IMG/VR virus record: IMGVR_UViG_2602041644_000006
Span: 1-9,831 of that record
DNA length: 9,831 bases
Source of the DNA: a virus
Taxonomy: Duplodnaviria; Heunggongvirae; Uroviricota; Caudoviricetes
Direction: 5' to 3' (one strand)
The position numbers were made by a program, and so were the translations under genes. Below the pieces are notes generated by a model. The model searched no databases and was not told where the DNA came from. It saw only the letters and a list, made by a program, of their open reading frames with translations. Positions 1 through 7,448 of this stretch are shown in pieces. The first letter of the stretch is position 1; every line of letters starts with the position of its first letter.

Positions 1-1314
1 CTAACCTACTGATTTTAATAAGTCTCTTGTGTCACTTTGGTGACCATGGGACATCATTGGGACATAATCTGCCAGCTTCTGATTCAGCATTGCGATCTGT
101 TCTGCATTACTGTCAGTCATCCATGCTCCGTATACATTGAATACCATCTGGGCACTTGCATGGCCCATCTGGCTGGCAATAAAGCTTGGGTTTGCTCCGG
201 CAGATAATGACCAGCACGCATAAGTGTGTCGTGACTGGTATGCTTTCCGGTGCCTGATGCCCGCACGCTTAACGGCTGTTTCCCATGAGTCGCCAATAGA
301 ATCTACCTTGTAGATAAAACCGACCTGTTTGCTTTTTCTAACCACCTGGGGGTTAAATACGAAAGTACATTCATGATTCACTGAGCGCCCATATTCACGT
401 AGTTGAACCTTGATGTGGTGCTGCTTACCCAGTCTTGTCATTTCAGCCTGATTTTTCAGGACACTGATAGCGGGCTGGATAAGATGCACAACCCTGTTTG
501 TACTTGCTTCAGTTTTAGGTAGAGTGAACTCACTGAGTTTCGTATAATTGCGCCTGATAGTAATAGTTCCTGCTTTCAGATCGATATCTTCCCAGGCCAG
601 GGAGACCAGTTCACCGTGACGCATTCCTGTGTACACAGCCAATGACCACAGGTTTTTCGTCTGCTGATGTCGGCAAGCATCTATCAGGCGAATAAATTCG
701 TCACGAGTTAGCGGATCTGGCTCTGCCCTGGCTCTTTTAAGAGGCTTAATTCCCTGGAAGGGATTTGCTTCTAAGTAACCGTGATCTGCAGCAAACTGAA
801 ACATTCCAGCGATAGTTGTCATGTAATAATTTACAGTAACGACGCTCCGTCCTTTTGCTGCTGCTTTGTTTTTCGTTGAATTCTGATACCCGGTCAGTAA
901 ATCTTTCCTGATATACAGCAATTCCTCTTTGGTTACCGATGACACCAGTCTGCTGCCTCCAATTTTCGGAACCATCGTTCTTGCAACGGATTCATAGCGA
1001 TTGAATGCATTTGCAGAGATTTCCATTCGTTTCAGATCCAGCCACTTTTCTTCAAGTTCCTTCACCGTAATTTCTTTTTTACTTACCCCAAAAGCCTGAA
1101 GGTTGGGGGAGTCAGGGAACTGTGCGGCATAATCAAAGCTTCCTGTGCGGATGGCAAAACATACCGATGTCCGCAGTTCCCCGGCGATCTTCCTGTTCTT
1201 GGCAGTGTCAGGGACACCAAGATTTTCCCTGACACGTTTACCTTTAAAATTAAACCAGATGCGTAATGTGCCGCCGTGGTTTTCGACGCCTGTTGGATAT
1301 TTGACTTTATCCAT
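1..1314 (-). CDS. int: Phage tyrosine integrase (site-specific recombinase), 437 aa
   Basis: Complete ORF: ATG at 1312-1314 preceded by a GGAGGT Shine-Dalgarno, stop (TAG) at 1-3 on the window edge. C-terminal half has the R...HxxR...Y layout of tyrosine recombinases (TGMRHGEL, RHTYACWSLSAG, FNVYGAW). Terminal position next to an excisionase-like gene fits a prophage integration module. Confidence 0.9.
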   Translation of the reverse strand: MDKVKYPTGVENHGGTLRIWFNFKGKRVRENLGVPDTAKNRKIAGELRTSVCFAIRTGSFDYAAQFPDSPNLQAFGVSKKEITVKELEEKWLDLKRMEISANAFNRYESVARTMVPKIGGSRLVSSVTKEELLYIRKDLLTGYQNSTKNKAAAKGRSVVTVNYYMTTIAGMFQFAADHGYLEANPFQGIKPLKRARAEPDPLTRDEFIRLIDACRHQQTKNLWSLAVYTGMRHGELVSLAWEDIDLKAGTITIRRNYTKLSEFTLPKTEASTNRVVHLIQPAISVLKNQAEMTRLGKQHHIKVQLREYGRSVNHECTFVFNPQVVRKSKQVGFIYKVDSIGDSWETAVKRAGIRHRKAYQSRHTYACWSLSAGANPSFIASQMGHASAQMVFNVYGAWMTDSNAEQIAMLNQKLADYVPMMSHGHQSDTRDLLKSVG

Positions 1315-1369
1315 TGATACCTCCAGACGCCCAAGAGCGATACGAGCTTACATACTTCATGGCATTAAA

Positions 1370-1606
1370 TCACCCAGGTTGTTTGTTTTTCATTGAAGCG
1401 ACCCAGGCATCTATTGCTTTTCTGTTATACATACATTCACTGGAAGGCTTTGGATTACCGTCTGGTGATACGTGAATATACTCTCTTCCAACCATCCAGC
1501 ATTCTTTCCGGGCCCGAAGAATTGTGCCTGGTTTGAGCCCGGTAATTGCGATTAGAACGCTTTCACAAACCCATTCATTGGGAGCCAGTTGAATCACATT
1601 GCCCAT
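1370..1606 (-). CDS. xis: Excisionase-like small DNA-binding protein (Xis/TorI-like), 78 aa
   Basis: Small basic ORF immediately upstream of int on the same strand. ATG at 1604-1606 has a GAGGT Shine-Dalgarno that overlaps the stop of the preceding gene. The motif WMVGREYIHV resembles the winged-helix core of lambda-type Xis. Confidence 0.55.
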   Translation of the reverse strand: MGNVIQLAPNEWVCESVLIAITGLKPGTILRARKECWMVGREYIHVSPDGNPKPSSECMYNRKAIDAWVASMKNKQPG

Positions 1607-1614
1607 GCATTACC

Positions 1615-1761
1615 TCACACAACACTCAGCCCACGGCAGTGGCACCACACTTCAAACATTCGTTTCACAATTTCACGACAGTAGAAACCGTCAACATCTC
1701 GTGTCAGGTCATAGCGATTGCCGTAACGCTGGTGGACCCATCGTTCAAATGCTTTATTCAT
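1615..1761 (-). CDS. Hypothetical small protein, 48 aa (MNKAFERWVHQRYGNRYDLTRDVDGFYCREIVKRMFEVWCHCRGLSVV)
   Basis: Not in the supplied ORF track; found by hand translation. ATG at 1759-1761 with an AGGAAG Shine-Dalgarno 6 nt upstream; TGA stop at 1615-1617 sits inside the xis ribosome-binding site, fitting translational coupling. Confidence 0.3.
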   Translation of the reverse strand: MNKAFERWVHQRYGNRYDLTRDVDGFYCREIVKRMFEVWCHCRGLSVV

Positions 1762-1764
1762 TCT

Positions 1765-2007
1765 TTACTTCCTTTTCATGGCCCGTAATTTTTTCAGATG
1801 AGCTTCCTGCTCTGTTTCTGCCAGAATTTTGCGGTACTCCTGGTGGTCAATATGTTCGAACAGGCAGTTTAACTCACCAATGCGTACCCGCCCGGATCGT
1901 CCGTCCATCCGTCGAAAGAACACTGAGTGCTCAGTGATGCGAGTAATCACCACGGGGTATCCGGCTCTGTCCGTGTATATCTGACTGCGTTGAATCAAAG
2001 CGAACAT
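1765..2007 (-). CDS. Hypothetical phage early protein, 80 aa
   Basis: The track ORF 1765..2043 starts on TTG; the internal ATG at 2005-2007 (MFALIQRSQIY...) lies 4 nt after the stop of the upstream micro-ORF and is the more likely start. Packed in the same co-directional chain. Confidence 0.4.
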   Translation of the reverse strand: MFALIQRSQIYTDRAGYPVVITRITEHSVFFRRMDGRSGRVRIGELNCLFEHIDHQEYRKILAETEQEAHLKKLRAMKRK

Positions 2008-2011
2008 GTGG

Positions 2012-2095
2012 TTATCCCCATCGACAAATCGAGAACACAACAAACGCTGCTGCGAATACCACCCCCAGAGTTACGATTGCATCACGCCAGCTCAT
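2012..2095 (-). CDS. Candidate 27-aa hydrophobic micro-protein (MSWRDAIVTLGVVFAAAFVVFSICRWG)
   Basis: Hand translation. ATG at 2093-2095 overlaps the TGA stop of the DUF551-like gene (ATGA) and uses its GGAGGTG sequence as a ribosome-binding site. The product is essentially one transmembrane helix. TAA stop at 2012-2014. Confidence 0.25.
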   Translation of the reverse strand: MSWRDAIVTLGVVFAAAFVVFSICRWG

Positions 2096-3018
2096 TGATT
2101 CACCTCCTGCGGCGGTTCTGGCAGCGGCATCCAGTGGGTTACCTCCTTGAGATACAGGTCTTCGCCACCACCGTCATCCCAAGTGGGCTTGCCATCATTA
2201 AACCAGTCGCCATATACGCCGACCTGAGTGTTGGGGATGCTTGGTGGGTAGTTGTTTTTAAAGTCAGCAGCTAACACATAGCATTGTCGCTCTCCCATTT
2301 CTGGCATTCGCTCACTACAGCTTATCCAACCATCCGGAGTTACCGGAACTTGTGGAATGGCTGTCTGCTCTCGAACGTCATTAGGCGCTATAGGTTCTGC
2401 TGCCAACTGACTGGCATATTTGTTAATGGTAACGATAAGCTCTTGCTCAGCCTCATCCAGACAATCACCGATACCTCGCCTGTCACCGTCAAAATCATCG
2501 AAATCGGCACGAATCCTGGCAACCTTCAGGATTGCGGACAACACCTCACTAGGAATTGCCGGATAGTTGGTTGACGTTTCCGCGATTTCCCGAAAATTAT
2601 TGGTTGACGAATTCTTGTTTTCCCGAAAGTTTCCGGACTGAAGCATGGCGGCGCGGCAGGCGTTCCATATTTCGGCAGCAATATCGCGCTCGCTATCGGT
2701 TAATTTGTACGTTGAAACATAGCCAGAGAGCATTTCTACGTTTTCCGGAGTTGCTTCTTCAGGCACTACCGGTGCTGGAGGGGCGGCGTAAATGCCCTCT
2801 ATCACTAAATGTTTGCGCTCAAAATCATCTGGCTCTCGATGATATACGTAACTCCAATCACCAAGGTTATCATTGCGCCTGCAACGGAAACCTATCGGCT
2901 CTGCTTCCAGCGATGCCAGAGCAATTCGTGCCAGTTCCATTTGTTCGCCACGGGTAAGTCCGTTATCAAGCGGATTTTTAATGAATAATTCGATACGTTC
3001 TTTGGTAATAGTGGTCAT
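2092..3018 (-). CDS. Phage accessory protein with a DUF551-like C-terminal domain, 308 aa
   Basis: ATG at 3016-3018 preceded by AAGGTGA. The C-terminus (GDWFNDGKPTWDDGGGEDLYLKEVTHWMPLPEPP) matches the W/P-rich signature I recall for DUF551 domains found on lambdoid early-region proteins. The N-terminal two thirds are acidic and unassigned. Confidence 0.6.
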   Translation of the reverse strand: MTTITKERIELFIKNPLDNGLTRGEQMELARIALASLEAEPIGFRCRRNDNLGDWSYVYHREPDDFERKHLVIEGIYAAPPAPVVPEEATPENVEMLSGYVSTYKLTDSERDIAAEIWNACRAAMLQSGNFRENKNSSTNNFREIAETSTNYPAIPSEVLSAILKVARIRADFDDFDGDRRGIGDCLDEAEQELIVTINKYASQLAAEPIAPNDVREQTAIPQVPVTPDGWISCSERMPEMGERQCYVLAADFKNNYPPSIPNTQVGVYGDWFNDGKPTWDDGGGEDLYLKEVTHWMPLPEPPQEVNQ

Positions 3019-3020
3019 AG

Positions 3021-3212
3021 CTATTTCACCTTAATCTCAACATTTCGCAGCTTTAGCTCTACTGGCAGGTCTGACTTTCCTGTTAATGATAATGCGAGAT
3101 TTTCTGGAGTAATGAGAGCAGTTATTGTTTTCCCCCTCGCCAGACGAATAATCATTCGTATCTCGCGATCGTCACATGCTCCCGGTCGAACAATTGATAT
3201 TTGTCCGTCCAT
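3021..3212 (-). CDS. Hypothetical small protein, 63 aa
   Basis: ATG at 3210-3212 with an AAGGAGAG Shine-Dalgarno; separated by 1 nt from the upstream stop, and its own stop is 2 nt before the next start. Confidence 0.45.
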   Translation of the reverse strand: MDGQISIVRPGACDDREIRMIIRLARGKTITALITPENLALSLTGKSDLPVELKLRNVEIKVK

Positions 3213-3213
3213 C

Positions 3214-3708
3214 TCACTCTCCTTTGATGCGAATGCCAGCGACGCGTAATGCGTGTTCTAGGTCAATCAGGTAAAGCCAACTGCCATTTTCTTTAGGTAT
3301 CATGACATGTCGCTCATCTGCATTTATCGGGTGTCCATATCGAAGGTCGTAGCGAGTCGGTAATTGAACTTCCCGCGCTTCCAGTTCAGCAATACGCTTG
3401 CACCCATCAGAGATAACTCCCTCGTAATACTCGCGCTGCTCGTTGAGTTTTGATTTTGTCTCCTCAAGCTCAACGCGCAGCTTCCCTACCGTTAGCGCAA
3501 TATCCTCGTTCTCCTGGTCGCGGCGTTTGATGTATTGCTGGTTTCTTTCCCGTTCATCCAACAATGCCAGCGCGATATCTGGCGAAAAGTGCTTCATAAA
3601 ATCGTTAAGCGCATTAATTCGCTGATCGAAAGGCATTACAGGTGCTTCACCAGCAATTTTTGTTTTTTCAGCGATTTCACGAAGCTTTTGATAATCAATC
3701 TTGCTCAC
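3214..3708 (-). CDS. Ead/Ea22-like coiled-coil phage early protein, 164 aa
   Basis: GTG start at 3706-3708 overlaps the upstream TGA (GTGA) behind an AAGGAGG Shine-Dalgarno. N-terminus MSKIDYQKLREIAEK and a long charged helical middle resemble Ea22-family proteins of lambdoid phages. Confidence 0.5.
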   Translation of the reverse strand: MSKIDYQKLREIAEKTKIAGEAPVMPFDQRINALNDFMKHFSPDIALALLDERERNQQYIKRRDQENEDIALTVGKLRVELEETKSKLNEQREYYEGVISDGCKRIAELEAREVQLPTRYDLRYGHPINADERHVMIPKENGSWLYLIDLEHALRVAGIRIKGE

Positions 3709-4118
3709 TGGTTGCCTCCTTCGCGAAGCTGTTCAGCAATACTTACGCATATCTCTGCGCCTCTAATCAGCCCCGGAACGTTCTTGTTTGGCCCAACTTC
3801 ACCATCAACAAAATCAATCATCGCGTTACGAGCCATATCCACCCCCTGCGCACGTACTTCAGCCAGGAGAGCGTCGGTAGCTGGGGTTTCCGTGAAGTTG
3901 TCCTCCCAACCGTAGTACTCCTGACGACAGAAGTTATTAAATTCCTTCTCCGACTGTTTAAGCGCCGCATTCTCCGCTGCCAGCGCCGCGCACCTGGCCT
4001 CAAGAGCGGCAACCACTTCCTGATGGTCTTTGTACTTAACGTATGAGCCGGAGATGTCATCACCTTCGGTGTTTAGCCATGCGTCATTGCAATTCACTGC
4101 GTAGGTTCTGATGCTCAT
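3705..4118 (-). CDS. Hypothetical coiled-coil phage protein, 138 aa (start at MSIRTY)
   Basis: The track ORF 3705..4238 has a junk-like N-terminal extension. The internal ATG at 4116-4118 overlaps the stop of the upstream 60-aa ORF (ATGA) and follows GGGAGAG. Contains a helical segment ALEARCAALAAENAALKQ. Confidence 0.45.
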   Translation of the reverse strand: MSIRTYAVNCNDAWLNTEGDDISGSYVKYKDHQEVVAALEARCAALAAENAALKQSEKEFNNFCRQEYYGWEDNFTETPATDALLAEVRAQGVDMARNAMIDFVDGEVGPNKNVPGLIRGAEICVSIAEQLREGGNQ

Positions 4119-4297
4119 GCTGATGCTCTCCCGCCCCTGACAGACGCCAGGCCAGTCAATAAAGTATCCGCAATGCCTACCCTCAGACGTGCGCGCAGGA
4201 TAAATGCCGTTATGACCGGCAAAATATATGCTACCCATTCATCTTGCGTTGCCTGTTCCGCCGCCTCGCGCAGTTCTTGATAGTTAATGTTGCTCAC
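4115..4297 (-). CDS. Small ORF (60 aa) with an Ea22-like N-terminus; possible truncated or frameshifted paralogue
   Basis: GTG start at 4295-4297 behind AAGGAGG, in a junction module nearly identical to the one at 3696..3720. The first ~21 residues (MSNINYQELREAAEQATQDEW) parallel the start of the 164-aa Ea22-like protein; the remainder is low-complexity. Confidence 0.3.
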   Translation of the reverse strand: MSNINYQELREAAEQATQDEWVAYILPVITAFILRARLRVGIADTLLTGLASVRGGRASA

Positions 4298-4533
4298 TGG
4301 TTGCCTCCTTTACGGATCTGCGCTGCGATGCACGAAAAAAAAGACTTTCGCGTATGACTGTTAAGAGCTGGCGCGAACGCCGCGTTAAGAACGGCGGCAT
4401 CACAGCCGTCATCGATATAGAGCGCAATTTTTTTCTCCAGGCGTGCTTTGGCTTCCTGCAACTGCATATCCCGGCACGCACGCGGGATATACTCAGCAAT
4501 TTGAGCGATAGATTTTTCGTTCTGTTTAAACAT
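4294..4533 (-). CDS. Hypothetical phage early protein, 79 aa
   Basis: ATG at 4531-4533 lies inside the end of the upstream gene (AAGCATGTTTAA) after GAGGTG. C-terminus ...QIRKGGNQ is paralogous to the end of the 138-aa protein (...QLREGGNQ). Confidence 0.45.
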   Translation of the reverse strand: MFKQNEKSIAQIAEYIPRACRDMQLQEAKARLEKKIALYIDDGCDAAVLNAAFAPALNSHTRKSFFSCIAAQIRKGGNQ

Positions 4534-4729
4534 GCTTCACCTCGATAGGCTTGATGGTATCGATCAGCAGTCGGCGGCGAGTATTTTCTGCAAAGTGGCG
4601 GCGTCCGGTTTCTTTGTGGTAAAACTCGTTTTTTCCGACGACCCACATCCGCTTTGTCTGGTGCAGTTTTTTTACCTGCGGACCGTCTCGGGTGATAACA
4701 ATTCCTGTATGAGTTTTTATCACGCTCAT
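4526..4729 (-). CDS. Hypothetical basic small protein, 67 aa
   Basis: ATG at 4727-4729 overlaps the TGA stop of the upstream gene (ATGA). Basic composition. Confidence 0.45.
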   Translation of the reverse strand: MSVIKTHTGIVITRDGPQVKKLHQTKRMWVVGKNEFYHKETGRRHFAENTRRRLLIDTIKPIEVKHV

Positions 4730-5088
4730 TTTTTATTCTTCGGTGCTTTCGGCATTACTGCCCAGTGAGTGATATTGACGTTTTCAAGGTCCCCGACCTG
4801 AAATGTCCACAGCCATTCTCCGGTTTCTTTTTGTCCCCAGGTGTACCAGAGAGAACGCCAGCCAATTAGCCAGCCTTCTCCGTTAGCATCAAATAACAGA
4901 ACACTTTCATTTGCTGGCGGCAGTTCAGCTGACACTGGTATTATTTTGTTTTCCAGTGCCGCGCATTTAGCTTCAAGCGCATCGAATTTACGTACCAGGT
5001 ACTCAGCATTTGTTTCATTCACTTTCAGATCTCGTGGTACACATTTCCCGCGAAGAAACCCTTCCATTTCGAAAACATTCATGCGCAT
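4726..5088 (-). CDS. yfdS: YfdS-like prophage protein, 120 aa
   Basis: ATG at 5086-5088 with GGAG 8 nt upstream. Length and position directly after a YfdR-like gene match my recollection of the K-12 CPS-53 yfdP-yfdQ-yfdR-yfdS order. The symbol is assigned from memory, not from an alignment. Confidence 0.55.
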   Translation of the reverse strand: MRMNVFEMEGFLRGKCVPRDLKVNETNAEYLVRKFDALEAKCAALENKIIPVSAELPPANESVLLFDANGEGWLIGWRSLWYTWGQKETGEWLWTFQVGDLENVNITHWAVMPKAPKNKK

Positions 5089-5615
5089 TTGCGTAACTCC
5101 GATAACTCGTTAAAACGTTCCATAAACATCCCGTAGGCATGGCCTGGTGACAGTGGAATAACTTTGAACATCTCTGTCGCCGGGATACCTTCCAGTACAG
5201 GCCAGAAAGAGCCATCATCAAGCCCGAGATCGCGACGTTCGGTTGCCAGCATAATGAGATCGGCATATTTCACTGGCGTGCTCATAACAGGAGGTAACCC
5301 GTATTTCTCACGGATTACGGCGTCTATTTTTTCTTCCATCCGTTTATAGTCAGGAAGAAGGCGTTTCAGTGGAGCTGGGATGTCCTGGCAATACGCTTCT
5401 GTTGCATCATGCATTAACGCTTCAAAAGCAAATTCCTGCGGCACCAGCTGGCTGCAAAGCACCGCATGTTGGGCGACGCTGTAGAAGTGAGAAAGATGAC
5501 CGGCAAAGCGACAGATATTTGAAAGGGAAACCGCGATATCGTTAATAACGATGTCATCTTTATTTATCTTGTCATAATAAAAATGCTTCCCGGAAAAAGT
5601 TTTAATAAATGACAT
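5079..5615 (-). CDS. yfdR: HD-domain phosphohydrolase, YfdR-like (5'-deoxynucleotidase family), 178 aa
   Basis: The track ORF starts on GTG at 5642; the ATG at 5613-5615 (MSFIKTF...) has a GGAGAA Shine-Dalgarno 5 nt upstream. H...HD signature is visible (AQHAVL ... LMHDATEAY). Size and neighbours fit CPS-53 YfdR. Confidence 0.7.
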   Translation of the reverse strand: MSFIKTFSGKHFYYDKINKDDIVINDIAVSLSNICRFAGHLSHFYSVAQHAVLCSQLVPQEFAFEALMHDATEAYCQDIPAPLKRLLPDYKRMEEKIDAVIREKYGLPPVMSTPVKYADLIMLATERRDLGLDDGSFWPVLEGIPATEMFKVIPLSPGHAYGMFMERFNELSELRKCA

Positions 5616-5708
5616 TTTGTTCTCCACGTATATGCGCTGCACCGCGCTGAATTTGGGTAAAAGGAAGCCCTCACCATCCGGTGATTATTGAGTTAATTAC
5701 GTTTCCAT

Positions 5709-5730
5709 AAATGCCCCCGCAGGGGCATTT
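5709..5730. other. Perfect intercistronic hairpin (9-bp stem AAATGCCCC / GGGGCATTT, 4-nt loop) between yfdQ and yfdR
   Basis: Read directly from the sequence. It sits in the 127-nt gap after the yfdQ stop, which is the only sizeable gap in the minus-strand chain. No adjacent U-tract on either strand, so it is probably not an intrinsic terminator. Confidence 0.4.
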
Positions 5731-5742
5731 GCAGTAATGAAA

Positions 5743-6567
5743 TCAGGCGGTGAAAGTACCAATAAAGGTTTCTACTTTGCTGTCTTTGAATTTCTCAACA
5801 AGCAGATCACGAAATTCGTTAGCCATATCTTCCTGCACCGCTTCCAGCTGAATAATGCGCAGAACCAGTACAGGACGATCGCCAGTGATAATGCTGAGGC
5901 GTAATTTAAACGGACGTTCTTTCAGACCTTCAAACGGAACGCATTTAAATTCAAATGCCACTGGCATAATGTCTTTGGTCTTCGCTTCGACAGATTCCAT
6001 CAGGGAGCGTTTGCCGCTGAAGTCATTATCTTCAAAATCAGCGGTCTGGTTTGCTTCAATCGTGATTTTACGGATTGCCGCAGCCGCTTTTGTTGCCTGA
6101 ATGGCGTCACCATTAGCATCAAAGCCCACAAGGTAGTCGGCCCAGTCTTCAATCCATTCTGCCAGTGATTTCTGGGAGTTACGCTCGCCGTTAACAGACA
6201 ACAGGGCAGAGAACGGTGCTGTCTTTTTCAGTTTGAGAGTGGCGGTGTTATCTGCGTGACCTGGTTCATCAATAGTACCCAGGTTAAGCACACTGACGGC
6301 ACGCATATTATCAGCATCGATAAAGCAGCGGGTGCCTTCATCTGCAAGATCTTTAGAATAACGGGTAAAGTCATCGATGCTGGCAGTGGAAAGCGCACCA
6401 CGGAAACGGAAGCGATTTAAATTAAATTTTTCCAGATCATGAATGCGGAAATTCTCAGGCAATGCCACAGCATCGGCACCAATCTTACTGATAATTTCAT
6501 TAACACCCTGAGCAGAAATAAGGGCATGGATTTGATTAATTGCGGTTGCGTCTAAGTTCTGAGACAT
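5743..6567 (-). CDS. yfdQ: YfdQ-like prophage protein (DUF2303-type), 274 aa
   Basis: ATG at 6565-6567 with a GTGAGGA Shine-Dalgarno. Length and position between YfdP-like and YfdR-like genes match CPS-53 yfdQ as I recall it. Confidence 0.7.
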
Positions 6568-6632
6568 AATAAGTCCTCACTATATTAAGATATTCAGTGA
6601 TGAGATAAATAATCAGTTAATTAAGAACGATA

Positions 6633-6995
6633 TTAATGACCTGCTGCGCGGAGTTTTCCGTCAGGTTCACCGGCAAGAGTCAGTAATTGTCCCTGGTCTT
6701 CCTGCAGAATAGTCAGGCGACCACCGCGATTGACATACATCGGCGTTTCGGTGGTGTCTTCTTCAGAAATTTTCCCGCGGTTAGTCGGGCGAACATATGA
6801 GAGTTTGTGTTTGATTTTCACACGGTTCTCATCAAACGGTTCGATTTCCAGGTTGAGCGAGACCTTACCTTTGGTTTTCGTGTTCATCACACCGGAAGCG
6901 ACTTCACTGAGAACTGCGCCGATTTTGGTTTCAAATACGCCGCCGTCCAGCTCCCCGATAAATGCCTGCACATCAGTACTGCGTTCGCTAGCCAT
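6633..6995 (-). CDS. yfdP: YfdP-like prophage protein, 120 aa (start at MASERSTDV)
   Basis: The track ORF 6633..7313 carries a junk-like in-frame extension across the GC-rich leader. The ATG at 6993-6995 has an AGGAGCAG Shine-Dalgarno and gives a 120-aa product. Confidence 0.6.
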   Translation of the reverse strand: MASERSTDVQAFIGELDGGVFETKIGAVLSEVASGVMNTKTKGKVSLNLEIEPFDENRVKIKHKLSYVRPTNRGKISEEDTTETPMYVNRGGRLTILQEDQGQLLTLAGEPDGKLRAAGH

Positions 6996-7043
6996 TTTGC
7001 TGCTCCTCATCATATCGACCCTGCAAGGTCGGTTAGTTTCTCC

Positions 7044-7132
7044 ACAAAACAGAGAAGAACACCTGCGGTGACTGCCGCCCGGATGGATTGGGTTATGAGC
7101 CCGTCGTCCGGTGATGCTCTTCTCTGTTTTGT
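7044..7132. repeat. 15-bp perfect inverted repeat (ACAAAACAGAGAAGA ... TCTTCTCTGTTTTGT) enclosing a 59-nt GC-rich insert with nested short stems
   Basis: Arms at 7044-7058 and 7118-7132 are exact reverse complements. The insert contains further complementary pairs (CCGGA/TCCGG, GCGG/CCGC). Confidence 0.6.
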
Positions 7133-7140
7133 AAAAAGGA

Positions 7141-7177
7141 CGGTACCAGCCGGAAGCAAGGGTACAAGCTGGTACCG
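7141..7177. repeat. 10-bp perfect inverted repeat (CGGTACCAGC ... GCTGGTACCG) with a 17-nt loop
   Basis: Arms at 7141-7150 and 7168-7177 are exact reverse complements, immediately next to the 15-bp inverted repeat. Confidence 0.6.
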
Positions 7178-7396
7178 CCAGGACTACACACAGCATAAAG
7201 TTGTGGTGCCGGGTGCCTCCCGGTGCCTGGCGAAGGTTGCACACCAGGCGGGTGGGTATCCACAGAAGGTCGACTGTCAGCCTCAACCTTAACCCGCGTG
7301 CGCTGAGCCGCATTCACCACAACGCTAAGGATTCTCTCTGGTTGAAAATACTTAGCTGTTATGTGCCTGCTTTTAGCCACATCAGGCGAGGTGGAC

Positions 7397-7448
7397 CTGG
7401 TTATTCCCCAACAACAAGGATTCGGTTAATCTGGTTATCCCCAACAAC
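7397..7448 (+). repeat. Two direct repeats CTGGTTAT(T)CCCCAACAAC, 34 bp apart, just upstream of the 7464 start
   Basis: Copies at 7397-7415 and 7431-7448 differ by one inserted T. A third partial CTGGTT occurs at 7338-7343. The sequence after each core diverges. Confidence 0.55.

Noticed and set aside
1-60. attP or prophage-host junction next to the integrase
   Set aside because: The integrase stop codon sits on the first three bases of the window, so any attachment site or tRNA target lies outside it.
1083-2957. Plus-strand and alternate-frame ORFs overlapping int, xis and the DUF551-like gene (1083..1334, 1145..1396, 1546..1788, 1599..1937, 1927..2274, 2284..2574, 2556..2957)
   Set aside because: These are shadow ORFs antisense to or out of frame with well-supported minus-strand genes. 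None has a credible ribosome-binding site or a recognisable product.
3443-6100. Shadow ORFs in the middle of the operon (3443..3625, 3535..3915, 3642..4046, 3818..4063, 4284..4646, 4354..4548, 4532..4768, 4841..5113, 5015..5266, 5164..5349, 5855..6100)
   Set aside because: All overlap the translationally coupled minus-strand chain in other frames or on the other strand, with no independent support.
6633-7313. Long 226-aa ORF extending yfdP upstream across the GC-rich leader
   Set aside because: The in-frame extension (MRLSARGLRLRLTVDLL...) is low-complexity and Arg/Cys-rich, typical of GC-rich non-coding read-through. A good Shine-Dalgarno sits at the internal ATG (6993-6995), which gives the expected 120-aa product.
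7020-7330. tRNA, tmRNA or REP/ERIC-type repetitive element in the GC-rich segment
   Set aside because: No cloverleaf with a T-loop or acceptor/CCA-like end could be built by eye, and the sequence does not match REP or ERIC consensus as I remember them. Unverified without a tRNAscan or Infernal search.
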